Shown: positions 1 through 9,640 of the stretch, piece by piece | How the letters are laid out: every line of letters starts with the position of its first letter | Numbering within the stretch: the stretch's first letter is position 1 | Source: an uncultured Bacteroidales bacterium | GTDB taxonomy: Bacteria > Bacteroidota > Bacteroidia > Bacteroidales > UBA932 | Direction: 5' to 3' | Assembly: GCA_900316795.1 (NCBI GenBank) | Contig: ONEF01000015.1 | Location: forward strand, 40,519-64,518 | DNA length: 24,000 nt | Translations under genes and position numbers: made by a program | Notes under the pieces: model-generated | Database searches by the model: none | Seen by the model: the letters and a program-made list of their open reading frames with translations, nothing else | Told to the model about the DNA's origin: nothing

Positions 1-154
1 GAATGAATCCGACATAAGGCCCGGTCAGGATACCAGCTACGATATATCCCAGCACCAGAGGCTGCTTGAGAGCCTTGAAAATAATTGTCACGACTCCGGC
101 CACCACAAGAATAAGGGCCAGATCCAAAAGCATCGGATTGATTGTCTCTGCCAT
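1..154 (-). CDS. N-terminus of Kef-type cation/proton antiporter (CPA2-like), partial, runs off the window
   Basis: Reverse complement from ATG at 154 reads MAETINPMLLDLALILVVAGVVTIIFKALKQPLVLGYIVAGILTGPYVGFI, typical of Kef/CPA2 N-termini; the start codon overlaps the pgi stop (TAATG). Confidence 0.75.
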   Translation of the reverse strand, partial: MAETINPMLLDLALILVVAGVVTIIFKALKQPLVLGYIVAGILTGPYVGFI

Positions 155-1458
155 TACTTGTCCTGATAGCCCGGTCTGCCCAGAAGTTTGTAAAGATTGT
201 TTTTGTACACCTCCACGGCAGGCTGGTCAAACGGATTGACTCCCAGCATATAAGCAGACAAGGCGCAGGAAAATTCAAAGAAGTAGAACAACTGTCCCAT
301 ATTCCATTCGTCTATCTTTTCCAGCACCAGGTATATGTTTGGAACATTGCCGCTGGTATGAGCCAGCCTGGTTCCCTTTTCCGCCATATAGTTGATGTCC
401 TCCAGAGTTCTTCCTACCAGATAATCAAGACCGTCAAGATTGTCTGTGGACTTGGGGACTATGACTTCCACTTCCTTGCTGCCGGCAAGGATAGATGTCT
501 CAAACATTATCCTCTCTCCATCCTGGATATACTGGCCAACGGAATGAAGGTCGGTGGTAAAGTCCAGGGTCGCAGGGAAGAGGCCCTTGAGGTCTTTCCC
601 TTCGCTTTCCGCAAAGAGCTGCTTGAGCCACTCTCCAAGGTACTTCAGCTTCGGATGATAGTTGACGAAAACTTCTATCTTCTTGCCGCTGCGATACATA
701 AGGTTCCTGTATGCGGCATATATCATGGCCGGGTTATCCTCTGATTTTTTCATCAGACATTCCCTCGCCTCCCTGGCTCCTCCTATGAAACGCTCTATGT
801 CAAAGCCTGCAACTGCTATAGGCAGAAGTCCAACGGCTGTCAGTACCGAGTATCTTCCTCCCACATTTGAAGGAACGCTGAGAGAGACATATCCGTACTT
901 CTCGCTCATGGCACGAAGCGCTCCGTTGGAGCTGTCTGTAACCGTCACGATCCTCCTCCTGGTATCTTCCGCCCCGAATCTTTTCAGCATGTTCATCCTC
1001 AAGATCCTGAAGGCCAATGCAGGTTCTATCGTAGTTCCAGACTTTGAAATCACTATCAGTCCATAGGATTTCTTCTTCAGGTAACTCAACAGATCGGACA
1101 TATAGTCCTCTGACAATGAGTAACCTGCAAACACAATATGGGGTGAGTTTCTTTCTCCGGCAGAGGCAAAACTGTGAGAGAAAGCCTCAAGAGCGCATTT
1201 AGCTCCGAGGAAGGACCCTCCTATACCTATCACCACAACTACATCCAGTGTCCCCAGCCACCGGTTGGCTATCATCCTGCAGTCCGAAATCAGAGTGTCA
1301 GACATAGAAACCGGCAGATCCAGCCAGCCGGTCATGTTGCCTCCGGCTCCTTTTCCGGAAACCAAAGTATCAAAAGCCTCGGCAGCATCCGCCTTAGCCT
1401 TTTTCAAGTCTTCAGGAGCCACGAACGGCTCTATCATCTCTGTGTTGAGTTTGAGCAT
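154..1458 (-). CDS. pgi: Glucose-6-phosphate isomerase
   Basis: 434 aa; VVVIGIGGSFLGAKCALEA, VISKSGTTIEPALAFRI and SVGQYIQDGER motifs of phosphoglucose isomerase. Confidence 0.96.
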   Translation of the reverse strand: MLKLNTEMIEPFVAPEDLKKAKADAAEAFDTLVSGKGAGGNMTGWLDLPVSMSDTLISDCRMIANRWLGTLDVVVVIGIGGSFLGAKCALEAFSHSFASAGERNSPHIVFAGYSLSEDYMSDLLSYLKKKSYGLIVISKSGTTIEPALAFRILRMNMLKRFGAEDTRRRIVTVTDSSNGALRAMSEKYGYVSLSVPSNVGGRYSVLTAVGLLPIAVAGFDIERFIGGAREARECLMKKSEDNPAMIYAAYRNLMYRSGKKIEVFVNYHPKLKYLGEWLKQLFAESEGKDLKGLFPATLDFTTDLHSVGQYIQDGERIMFETSILAGSKEVEVIVPKSTDNLDGLDYLVGRTLEDINYMAEKGTRLAHTSGNVPNIYLVLEKIDEWNMGQLFYFFEFSCALSAYMLGVNPFDQPAVEVYKNNLYKLLGRPGYQDK

Positions 1459-1471
1459 AACCGTCTAATTC

Positions 1472-2479
1472 TCAATATAATTTATCGCTGAGTCTTTTCA
1501 TGACATAAGCAGGATACCTGTCTTCATAGAGTATATCATGAACCGCCTCAGCGATCGGCATATCCACTCCGAATCTTTTGTTTATCCTGTTGATGGCGTC
1601 TGAGGCATAATAACCCTCCGCCACCATATTCATTTCCACCTGGGCGTTCTTGACCGAATATCCCTTCCCGATCATGCTGCCGAACGTACGGTTACGGCTG
1701 AACTGGCTGTAACCTGTCACCAGAAGGTCTCCAAGGTATGGAGAAGACAGCACGTTGCGTTTTTTGTCCGGATGGGATGCGTTCAAAAAGTCAGTCATCT
1801 CCTTGAAGGAACTGGTAATCAGCACAGACAGGAAATTGTCTCCGTAACCCAGTCCGTGGGCGATTCCGGCTGCTATGGCGTAAATGTTCTTCAGTGCCGC
1901 AGAATACTCCACCCCATAAATATCCGTTCCAGGCATAGCTTTCACATAATCACACTCGAAGAAATCGCACAGGGCCTTGGCTGAAGAAATATGCTTGGAT
2001 GTAAACGTGAGGTAGGAAAGCCTTTCCATACCCACTTCCTCAGCGTGGCAAGGCCCGCTTACAACCCCTATCCTGTCATAAGGGATACCGTGAACCTGGT
2101 TGAAATACTCAGCGATGGTCCGGTCTCCTGCAAAACCCTTGATGGCAGAAACAATGAACTTGCCGTCCAAAGACACGGTGAGCCTGTCCATAACTCCGAG
2201 AAAATAAGCGCTTGGTATGCAGAATACCAGCACGTCAGCCTCCTGTACTATCTCATTTATGTCTGTGCTCATGTGCAGGCGGTCCGGCTCAAGGATTACG
2301 GAACTCAGATAGACCTTGTTGCGGCGATTCTTCATCACCCTGTCTATGTTCTTCTGGTCCCTGATGAACCACCCGATCTTTTTCTGATGGTTCATCAGCA
2401 GCTTCACAAGAGCCGTGGCCCAGCTTCCGCTACCCACCATCGCAAACTTCAAGTTACGTTTTTCAAGAATCGTATCCAT
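1472..2479 (-). CDS. gpsA: Glycerol-3-phosphate dehydrogenase [NAD(P)+]
   Basis: 335 aa; GSGSWATALVKLL Rossmann motif, SAIKGF, GPCHAEEV, NIYAIAAGIAHGLGYGDN. Confidence 0.95.
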   Translation of the reverse strand: MDTILEKRNLKFAMVGSGSWATALVKLLMNHQKKIGWFIRDQKNIDRVMKNRRNKVYLSSVILEPDRLHMSTDINEIVQEADVLVFCIPSAYFLGVMDRLTVSLDGKFIVSAIKGFAGDRTIAEYFNQVHGIPYDRIGVVSGPCHAEEVGMERLSYLTFTSKHISSAKALCDFFECDYVKAMPGTDIYGVEYSAALKNIYAIAAGIAHGLGYGDNFLSVLITSSFKEMTDFLNASHPDKKRNVLSSPYLGDLLVTGYSQFSRNRTFGSMIGKGYSVKNAQVEMNMVAEGYYASDAINRINKRFGVDMPIAEAVHDILYEDRYPAYVMKRLSDKLY

Positions 2480-2482
2480 AGC

Positions 2483-2956
2483 CTATTTAATTGCTTCTGA
2501 ATTTGAGGAATAAGCGGTAGCCTGGGCAAATGCCAAGGCATCGCACCTTTCGTTTTCCGGATGCCCGGCATGACCTTTCAGCCAATGGAAATGGAGGTCG
2601 AAACCACGGGAATATTCCAGATACTCCCTCCAGAGTTCCTCATTCTTTTTTTTCTTTCTCTGCTTGTCCCTGAAGTCATTGGCCACCCAGTCTTCAAGCC
2701 ATCCCTTTTCAATGGCGTTGACCACATAGGAAGAATCAGACCAGATGTGTACTGTGGCATTCTTCCATCTGATAGCCTTCAGCCCTTCTATCACAGCCGT
2801 AAGTTCCATGCGGTTGTTGGTGGTTGAAGCCGAGCCTCCGCTCAGTTCTTTTCTGAGCTCTCCGCAAACAAGCACCACGCCCCATCCACCAGGCCCAGGA
2901 TTCCCCCTTGAGGAACCGTCTGTGTAAAGATATATAGGCGGATGTTCAGCTTTCAT
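2483..2956 (-). CDS. rnhA: Ribonuclease HI
   Basis: 157 aa; IYLYTDGSSRGNPGPGGWG, NRMELTAVIEGL, IWSDSSYVVNAI, WLKGHAGHPENERCDALA. Confidence 0.96.
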   Translation of the reverse strand: MKAEHPPIYLYTDGSSRGNPGPGGWGVVLVCGELRKELSGGSASTTNNRMELTAVIEGLKAIRWKNATVHIWSDSSYVVNAIEKGWLEDWVANDFRDKQRKKKKNEELWREYLEYSRGFDLHFHWLKGHAGHPENERCDALAFAQATAYSSNSEAIK

Positions 2957-2958
2957 GG

Positions 2959-4044
2959 CTACTGTTCTTCAGAAACCTGAGCCCTCCGGTTATCCTCCTG
3001 GGCAGGAATCTGGGTTTTCATCGGATTGGAGTGTATCTCCTTGTATCTTTCCCGGCTGCGGTAAATGTCTATGGCAAGGTATATTGCGCTCAGCATGGAA
3101 CGAGGGTTGGCCTTGTTCTGTCCGGCAATGTCGAATGCCGTGCCATGGTCAGGAGAAGTCCTCACCACCGGAAGACCGGCCGTATAGTTGACGCCTGTAT
3201 CGAACGACAGTGTCTTGAACGGTATCAGGCCCTGGTCATGGTACATTGTAAGGACAGCGTCATACTTCCCTTGAAGCGTAGCGGCAAAGAACCCGTCCGG
3301 AGGGAACGGGCCGAATGTTTCTATCCCTTCTGATGCGGCCTCCTTTATGGCCGGGATGATAACCTCCTGCTCCTCGCTTCCCAGAAGGCCGCGGTCTCCG
3401 GCGTGAGGGTTCAGACCCAGTACCGCAATCTTAGGCCTTTCAATGCAGAAATCCTCCTTCAAGGACTGGTTCATCAGCCTCAACTTACTCATGATCACCT
3501 CTTTGTTTATAGAAGCGGAAACATCCTTAAGGGGTATGTGCATAGTTACCACGCCAACCCTCAAAGAATCAGAGCACATGAACATAAGGCCGTCCTTGGC
3601 TCCAAAGGTCTCTATCAGATAACCGGTATGCCCTGCATATTTGAAGTGTTCCAGGGTAACTCCCTTCTTGCTGAAAGGAGCTGTCACTATTGCATCGAGA
3701 TAACCGGCTTTGGCTTCACTTACAGCTCTCTCCAAAGACGCGATGGCAGCCTTGGCGCTCTCGTGGGTAAGCTTGCCCGGCTCTATGGGCAGGTCGTCCG
3801 TAACGCAGTTCACTATGTTCACCCGCTTTGGATGAGCATCCCGGGCGGAGTTGACCAGATTGGTGTTGATGTTTTCAGTTTCCGGAATCTGCTTGCGGTA
3901 ATAACCGAAAGCCTTGGAAGATCCATATACGACCGGAGTAAACAGCTCAAGCACATTGGCGTTGGAAAGAGCCTTGATTATCACTTCATACCCTATGCCG
4001 TTGCTGTCTCCCTGAGTAATTCCTATTACAAGTTTCTGTTTCAT
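2959..4044 (-). CDS. pdxA: 4-hydroxythreonine-4-phosphate dehydrogenase
   Basis: 361 aa; GITQGDSNGIGYEVI, VTAPFSK, GHTGYLIE, LGLNPHAGDRGLLG, MYHDQGLIPFK, RTSPDHGTAFDIAG. Confidence 0.96.
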   Translation of the reverse strand: MKQKLVIGITQGDSNGIGYEVIIKALSNANVLELFTPVVYGSSKAFGYYRKQIPETENINTNLVNSARDAHPKRVNIVNCVTDDLPIEPGKLTHESAKAAIASLERAVSEAKAGYLDAIVTAPFSKKGVTLEHFKYAGHTGYLIETFGAKDGLMFMCSDSLRVGVVTMHIPLKDVSASINKEVIMSKLRLMNQSLKEDFCIERPKIAVLGLNPHAGDRGLLGSEEQEVIIPAIKEAASEGIETFGPFPPDGFFAATLQGKYDAVLTMYHDQGLIPFKTLSFDTGVNYTAGLPVVRTSPDHGTAFDIAGQNKANPRSMLSAIYLAIDIYRSRERYKEIHSNPMKTQIPAQEDNRRAQVSEEQ

Positions 4045-4141
4045 AACAAATTATTAATGGTAACACGGGTATATGTACCCTAATCGGTGCAATTTACAAA
4101 AAATCTCGCTATGTGCGTAACTCTTTTTGCGGCAATGCTAT

Positions 4142-4149
4142 TATCTTTG
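4142..4149 (+). promoter_or_regulatory. Possible -7 element (TATCTTTG) upstream of recG
   Basis: Matches the TAnnTTTG -7 consensus known for Bacteroidetes; no convincing -33 element seen. Confidence 0.35.
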
Positions 4150-4173
4150 CAATGGAGCATCATCGCTGAGACT

Positions 4174-6354
4174 ATGACAGATATCCTTGACACCGACATA
4201 AAATACCTTCCCGGAATAGGACCTAAAAGAGCAGAGCTGCTTTCCAAGGAGATTGGAGTGCATACGTTCAGGGATATGCTTTACTATTTCCCTTTCCGAT
4301 GGATAGACAAGAGCAAGGTTTATCCGATTTCCAGCATCGCAGGAGACGATATGCCTGATGGTGAAGACACCCCTTCTTCTTCCTATGTCCAGGTAAGGGG
4401 GATAGTCACAAAGAAAGAAACCGCAGGTATGACCGGCGGAAGGGTTGCCAGAGGCAAGAGCCGCCTGATTGTCACCTTGCAGGATGCCACAGCAAGTATC
4501 GAGATGGTGTTTTTCAGCGGCTTGAAGTGGATCAACGAAAAACTGGAACAAGGTCAGGAATACATAGCCTTCGGAAAGCCTACCGTATTCAACGGGCATG
4601 TGAATCTTGTGCATCCTGAAGTTTACCGCCCCTCGGAAGCAGCCACTTACGGAACTGGATCAATGGCAGGCATTTACTCCATAACAGAAAGGATGAAGAA
4701 CGGAGGGTTCGGCATAAAGGCCATAACCAAAGTGGAAAGTGTCCTGCTGGAGAAGGTAAAGGGTCACATCAAGGAGACTCTTCCTCCCGGCATCATCCGT
4801 GACAAAGGACTCTGCTCCTTGGAAACAGCGCTTGTGAACATCCATTTCCCTTCCGGACAGAGAGAACTTGAAGAAGCCCAGAGAAGACTGAAGTTTGAAG
4901 AGCTGTTCTACCTGCAGCTCAGCCTGCTGAAGCAGAAAAACGCCAGGCTTTCCAAAGGCACAGGCATAATGATGACCAGGGTCGGAGACAATTTCAACCG
5001 TTGCTATCAGTCTCTGCCATACCCGCTTACAAATGCGCAGAAGCGGGTAATTAAGGAGATGAGGGAAGATATGCGGAGCGGAAAGCAGATGAACCGCCTC
5101 CTGCAGGGAGATGTCGGATCCGGCAAAACCCTGGTTGCGGTCCTGCTCTCGCTGATTGCTGTTGACAACGGCTACCAGGCCTGCATAATGGCCCCTACGG
5201 AAGTTCTTGCCAACCAGCATCTTGCCAGCATATCCAAGTTTCTCAAAGCCACGGATGCCAAAGTGGCTCTTCTTACCGGAAGCACAAAGGCAAAGGACAG
5301 GAAGCAGATTCTCAGCGACCTTTCCGACGGCACCATAAACATCATAGTGGGAACCCACGCCTTGATTGAAGACAGGGTGAAGTTCCACTCCCTGGGACTG
5401 GCAATCATTGATGAACAGCACCGCTTCGGAGTTGACCAGAGAAGCCGCCTGTGGAGCAAGAACGACGACTCCCTGGGGCAAACCCCTCTTCTTCCGCACA
5501 TAATGGTAATGACTGCCACCCCTATCCCAAGGACTTTAGCCATGACGCTGTACGGAGACCTGGATGTCAGCATCATAGACGAACTGCCTCCAGGCAGGAC
5601 ACCGGTTGTCACCCAGCATGCCTGGGAGAGCCAGAGAAGGCAGGTTTTCGATTTCATGAAAGCGCAGATAGATTCAGGGCGACAGGTCTTTGTGGTTTAT
5701 CCTCTGATAAAGGAAAGCGAAAAGATGGACTACGAGAATCTGGAAGAAGGATATTTGCGCATCGTGGAGGAGTTCAAGGCCCCTGAATACATAACTGCCG
5801 TGGTACACGGCAAGATGAAACCGGAAGACAAAGACATAGACATGCAGCTGTTCGCGTCCGGCAGAGCTGACATCCTTGTAGCTACCAGCGTCATAGAAGT
5901 TGGTGTTGATGTGCCTAACGCTTCCGTGATGGTCATAGAGAGCGCAGAGAGATTCGGCCTCAGCCAACTTCACCAGCTCCGCGGAAGGGTTGGAAGAGGA
6001 GCGGCAAAGAGCTACTGCATCCTGATGAGCGGATACAAGTTGAGCAAAGAAAGCCGGAAACGTCTGGAACTGATGTGCAAGACCACCGACGGGTTCCTGC
6101 TTGCTGAAGAAGACATGAAGATGAGAGGCCCTGGAGATCTGGAAGGCACATCCCAAAGCGGCCTGGCCATTGACCTGCATATTTCCTCCCTTTATCGCGA
6201 TGGAAGGTACCTTGAATCCGCCCGCCGGACCGCCCTGGATATTCTGGATAAGGACCCTCTCCTGCAATCAGCTGAGAACCACCTGTTGACTGAGCAGCTC
6301 AGGATTTTGCGCAAAGAAGGAAAAGACGTCAAAGACTACTCTTCAATCAGCTGA
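4174..6354 (+). CDS. recG: ATP-dependent DNA helicase RecG (longest ORF opens at 4087; likely start ATG at 4174)
   Basis: LPGIGPKRAELL, RLLQGDVGSGKTLVAV, IIDEQHRFGVDQR, MTATPIPRTLAMTLYGDLDVSIIDELPPGR, HQLRGRVGRGAAKSYCILM, RGPGDLEGTSQSG. Confidence 0.96.
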   Translation: MTDILDTDIKYLPGIGPKRAELLSKEIGVHTFRDMLYYFPFRWIDKSKVYPISSIAGDDMPDGEDTPSSSYVQVRGIVTKKETAGMTGGRVARGKSRLIVTLQDATASIEMVFFSGLKWINEKLEQGQEYIAFGKPTVFNGHVNLVHPEVYRPSEAATYGTGSMAGIYSITERMKNGGFGIKAITKVESVLLEKVKGHIKETLPPGIIRDKGLCSLETALVNIHFPSGQRELEEAQRRLKFEELFYLQLSLLKQKNARLSKGTGIMMTRVGDNFNRCYQSLPYPLTNAQKRVIKEMREDMRSGKQMNRLLQGDVGSGKTLVAVLLSLIAVDNGYQACIMAPTEVLANQHLASISKFLKATDAKVALLTGSTKAKDRKQILSDLSDGTINIIVGTHALIEDRVKFHSLGLAIIDEQHRFGVDQRSRLWSKNDDSLGQTPLLPHIMVMTATPIPRTLAMTLYGDLDVSIIDELPPGRTPVVTQHAWESQRRQVFDFMKAQIDSGRQVFVVYPLIKESEKMDYENLEEGYLRIVEEFKAPEYITAVVHGKMKPEDKDIDMQLFASGRADILVATSVIEVGVDVPNASVMVIESAERFGLSQLHQLRGRVGRGAAKSYCILMSGYKLSKESRKRLELMCKTTDGFLLAEEDMKMRGPGDLEGTSQSGLAIDLHISSLYRDGRYLESARRTALDILDKDPLLQSAENHLLTEQLRILRKEGKDVKDYSSIS

Positions 6355-6363
6355 GCCCATTTT

Positions 6364-6396
6364 TTTGGGTATTTTCAAAACAGATTCTTAAATTTG
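6364..6396 (+). promoter_or_regulatory. Candidate promoter: TTTG (6364-6367), 21 nt, TAAATTTG (6389-6396)
   Basis: Fits the Bacteroidetes -33 TTTG / -7 TAnnTTTG arrangement, about 30 nt upstream of the 6427 start codon. Confidence 0.5.
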
Positions 6397-6426
6397 TAAG
6401 AATATTTCCCGCAAACAGAAAGAGGT

Positions 6427-7074
6427 ATGAATACTAAAGAACAATTTGTGATCACAATCGCCCGTGAAATTGGATCCGGAGGACGCACCGTCGGCCGCAA
6501 ACTTGCTGAAAAACTTGGAGTCAGATACTCTGACAAAGAACTTATCAGAGCACTGAGAGAAAAGTTCGACCTTACAACCTATGGAATCGAGAAACTGAAA
6601 GCAGAAAAGAAAAGCTGGCTGGCAGACCTGATAAACAAGGTTGCCCCGGTCCCTAAACCGGAAATGCTCATGGATACCGACAAGAAGTTTACCCAGAGCC
6701 TCCGTTCAGAAGCCACCACAGACGCGGTGTTCAAAGCAGAGACTGAGATCCTGAAGGCAATCGCGGAGGAAAGTTCATGCGTCATTGCCGGCAGAAGCGG
6801 ATTCTTTGTGCTCAACGGGCATCCTAACAAACTTGACATCTTCATTACCGCTTCAAAGCCTAACCGCATCAAGAGGGTTGTCAGAAAACAGCACCTGACA
6901 GAAACCGAGGCGGAAACAATCATAGATTCAGTGGATGAAGGCCGTGACAACTACGTAAAACGCTACACGGGCAAAAGCCGCTATGATGCAAGGAACTACG
7001 ATATCGTTCTCAATGCAGACGGCCACACTGAACAGCAGCTTGTCGATATCATCCTTTCATACATTAAAGAATAA
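6427..7074 (+). CDS. Cytidylate kinase-like family protein
   Basis: 215 aa; FVITIAREIGSGGRTVGRKLAEKLGVRYSDKELI P-loop-like N-terminus and CVIAGRSGFFVL core, typical of cytidylate-kinase-like (AAK) proteins rather than canonical Cmk. Confidence 0.85.
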   Translation: MNTKEQFVITIAREIGSGGRTVGRKLAEKLGVRYSDKELIRALREKFDLTTYGIEKLKAEKKSWLADLINKVAPVPKPEMLMDTDKKFTQSLRSEATTDAVFKAETEILKAIAEESSCVIAGRSGFFVLNGHPNKLDIFITASKPNRIKRVVRKQHLTETEAETIIDSVDEGRDNYVKRYTGKSRYDARNYDIVLNADGHTEQQLVDIILSYIKE

Positions 7075-8195
7075 TGGACCCAACCGTCAGCATGGATTCC
7101 CACTGCCAGGCAATAATCCAGGAATTCAGAGACAACCTTCCCGTTTTCAAGAAAGTCAGTTTTGAGATCAAAGACCTTCTTGAAAAGATGATTTCAGGCT
7201 GCGGCAAGGTTCATACAAATCTTGAAAACCAGCTCAAGGCCAAAGATCTGACGGGAGCCGGCATTCACGTGGCTTCCATTGAGTCAAGGGTAAAGGCAGA
7301 AGAGTCCCTTGCCGGTAAACTGGAACGCAAAGGCAATAAATACAAGTCTTTGGCAGACATCACGGACATCATCGGCCTGAGGGTGATAACCTTCTACATA
7401 GATGACGTGGACAAGGTGGCATCCGCCATTGAAAAGCTGTTTGAGATAGACTGGGAAAACTCCGTGGACAAGAGAAAGCTGCACCAGATAGACAGTTTCG
7501 GTTACCTCTCACTGCATTATATCTGCAAACTTCAAGACTTCCCGTACAGATTTGAGATCCAGTTGCGTACAGTTCTCCAGCATGCCTGGGCCAACATGGA
7601 TCACGATACGGGCTACAAGTCAGGGGTGGAGATACCGATGCAATACAGGAGAGCCATGAACCGTCTGGCTGGAATGCTGGAATTAATTGACGATGAGTTC
7701 AGCAAGATGCGTTCAGAGCTGACTGATTACAGAAGGAGCGTCCACAATCTGGTAGCATCCGGAAAACTGGACGAAGTCCCTCTTGACGGAGACACTTTCA
7801 GGAGTTATCTGGAACTCAAGCCTTTCGACAATCTCAACCGCCGGATAGCGTCCATGAACCAAGCTGAGATCCAGTCGGTCTCACTGATGAACTATCTGGC
7901 TATTTTCAAGGGATTGGGTTGCAAGACACTCGGAGACATAGACAAAATCATAAAGAAGTATTTTGAAGCAGCATACCAGATAGCCTGTTACCAGCTTGGG
8001 CTTACGGACCTTGACGTCATATCAGCTTCCCTGGGGCCTCAGAATCTCTGCATCGCCTACGTGTTGAAGAACGACGGCGGGAAGGCTGGTGTGCGGTACC
8101 TTTATGAACTGATTAACGGAACTTCCAACGGCAGCGAAATATGGGCCGAAATGATTATGGACCAAGCCCGCGATCTTCCTTTCATGAACAAGTAG
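7074..8195 (+). CDS. Stand-alone RelA/SpoT synthetase-domain protein with uncharacterised helical C-terminus
   Basis: 373 aa; ESRVKAEESLAGKLERKG, ITDIIGLRVITFY, SFGYLSLHYIC, RFEIQLRTVLQHAWANMDHDTGYKS: (p)ppGpp synthetase-domain motifs. Start overlaps the previous stop (TAATG). Confidence 0.88.
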   Translation: MDPTVSMDSHCQAIIQEFRDNLPVFKKVSFEIKDLLEKMISGCGKVHTNLENQLKAKDLTGAGIHVASIESRVKAEESLAGKLERKGNKYKSLADITDIIGLRVITFYIDDVDKVASAIEKLFEIDWENSVDKRKLHQIDSFGYLSLHYICKLQDFPYRFEIQLRTVLQHAWANMDHDTGYKSGVEIPMQYRRAMNRLAGMLELIDDEFSKMRSELTDYRRSVHNLVASGKLDEVPLDGDTFRSYLELKPFDNLNRRIASMNQAEIQSVSLMNYLAIFKGLGCKTLGDIDKIIKKYFEAAYQIACYQLGLTDLDVISASLGPQNLCIAYVLKNDGGKAGVRYLYELINGTSNGSEIWAEMIMDQARDLPFMNK

Positions 8196-8199
8196 AACT

Positions 8200-8790
8200 A
8201 TGGCAAACAAACCTCTCGATACAAAACTGCTGGACAAGGCAATCATCTTCGCCGTAAAGGCTCACGCCGGAACGGAGAGAAGAGGAAAAGGCTTTCCTTA
8301 CATCGTGCATCCGATGGAGGCTGTAGAAATTGTCTCCACGATGACCTCAGACCAGGAACTCCTTGCCGCCGCTGCCCTCCACGACACCGTGGAAGACACT
8401 TATGTCACAATAGACCTCATACGGAAAGTGTTCGGAGACCGCATAGCAGACATCGTGGAAGCTGAAAGTGACAAAGGGGTAAACGACAAAAGCGCTGAAG
8501 CCAGCTGGCATGAACGCAAGAAGGCTGCCATAGACAGGCTGGCCAAGGCTCCTTTTGACGCTAAATTGGTGGCGCTGGGAGACAAGCTCTCCAACATGAG
8601 GGCAATCGCACGGGATTATTCCATAAGAGGAGATGAACTGTGGAAAATATTCCACACCAACGACCGCAAAGACCACGAATGGCACTACAGGGGCCTGGCG
8701 GAATCGCTGAGAGAACTTGAAGACACTTTTGCTTACAAAGAGTTCGTAACCTTGATAGACCAGGTTTTCGGAAAGAGCCATGACACTTAA
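8200..8790 (+). CDS. HD-domain protein, (p)ppGpp hydrolase (Mesh1/SpoT-HD)-like
   Basis: 196 aa; YIVHPMEAVEIVS, AAALHDTVEDTYVT, KLVALGDKLSNMRAI motifs of SpoT/Mesh1 HD hydrolases; starts 4 nt after the previous stop. Confidence 0.85.
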   Translation: MANKPLDTKLLDKAIIFAVKAHAGTERRGKGFPYIVHPMEAVEIVSTMTSDQELLAAAALHDTVEDTYVTIDLIRKVFGDRIADIVEAESDKGVNDKSAEASWHERKKAAIDRLAKAPFDAKLVALGDKLSNMRAIARDYSIRGDELWKIFHTNDRKDHEWHYRGLAESLRELEDTFAYKEFVTLIDQVFGKSHDT

Positions 8791-9640
8791 AACAAACAAT
8801 AAAAAACAGATGGATCCTATCAGAATATCCCTAGACGACTATACCCTTTCCGGCGGCGGCGCCAACGGGGAGAGCTATGACAACAAGACAGACCCTTCTG
8901 TGATGCTGAAACTTTACTTTCCCGGCATGATAGAACAGCCTCTGAACGAAATGCTGCTTGCCAGGAAAGTATATGACCTTGGCATACCTACCCCAAAGCC
9001 AGGAGATTACGTCATTACCGAAGACGGGCGCTACGGTATCCGTTTCCACAAGATAGAAGGTAAGGTTTCATATTCCAAGGCAACCAGCCTGCATCCTGAA
9101 AATGTGGGGCAATATGCCTCGGAGTTCGCCCGTATGTGCCTGGACCTGCACTCGATGCATATAGACACATCGCTGTTTGAAAGCGTAAAGAAACGCTACT
9201 TCAAGCTTCTGGAAGACAACCCGTTCTTCACTCCAAAAGAAAAGGACAAGATAGGAAAGTTCATCGCTGACACTCCTGACGAAGACACCCCTATCCACGG
9301 AGATCTCCAGTACAGCAATGCCATCTTTGCAGGAGACAAACGTTATTTCATAGACTTGGGAGATTTCTCCTGGGGGAACCACCTGTTTGACGTTGCAATG
9401 GTATATCTTTGCTGCTATCTCAGCGATCCTGCATTCATACTGGAAACCTACCATCTGCAGAAACCTTTGGCAATGAAGTTCTGGGACTGCTTTGCACCGG
9501 TTTATTTCGGCTCCGGCGTTCCATTGAAAGATATCGAAGAAATGATTATGCCTTATGCCGGCCTCAAGACACTTATCATTGAAAGAAACACACGCCGGCC
9601 TATGCCAGAATTCAGGGCTGCACTAAAAAGCATATTATGA
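8780..9640 (+). CDS. TIGR02172-like phosphotransferase (APH/choline-kinase fold)
   Basis: 286 aa; TPIHGDLQYSNAIF catalytic loop, YFIDLGDFSWGNHLFDVAMVY; overlaps the previous CDS by 11 nt. Confidence 0.8.
   Translation: MTLKTNNKKQMDPIRISLDDYTLSGGGANGESYDNKTDPSVMLKLYFPGMIEQPLNEMLLARKVYDLGIPTPKPGDYVITEDGRYGIRFHKIEGKVSYSKATSLHPENVGQYASEFARMCLDLHSMHIDTSLFESVKKRYFKLLEDNPFFTPKEKDKIGKFIADTPDEDTPIHGDLQYSNAIFAGDKRYFIDLGDFSWGNHLFDVAMVYLCCYLSDPAFILETYHLQKPLAMKFWDCFAPVYFGSGVPLKDIEEMIMPYAGLKTLIIERNTRRPMPEFRAALKSIL

Noticed and set aside
142-744. Plus-strand ORF antisense to pgi (200 aa)
   Set aside because: Low-complexity, no recognisable domain, fully opposite a clear pgi gene. The same reasoning applies to the other antisense ORFs over gpsA, pdxA, recG, the SpoIIE-type gene, Hsp20 and the AlkZ-like gene.
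4087-4173. N-terminal extension of recG (MQFTKNLAMCVTLFAAMLLSLQWSIIAE...)
   Set aside because: Looks like a signal peptide but overlaps the probable promoter (TATCTTTG at 4142); RecG similarity begins at MTDILDTDIKYLPGIGPKR, so I place the start at 4174.
4141-6267. Several minus-strand ORFs of 150-280 aa opposite recG
   Set aside because: Shadow ORFs of a well-conserved helicase gene with no family motifs.
6355-6375. CCCATTTTTTTTGGG after recG as a terminator
   Set aside because: Only a short CCCA/TGGG-type stem, overlapping the candidate promoter of the next operon; too weak to call.
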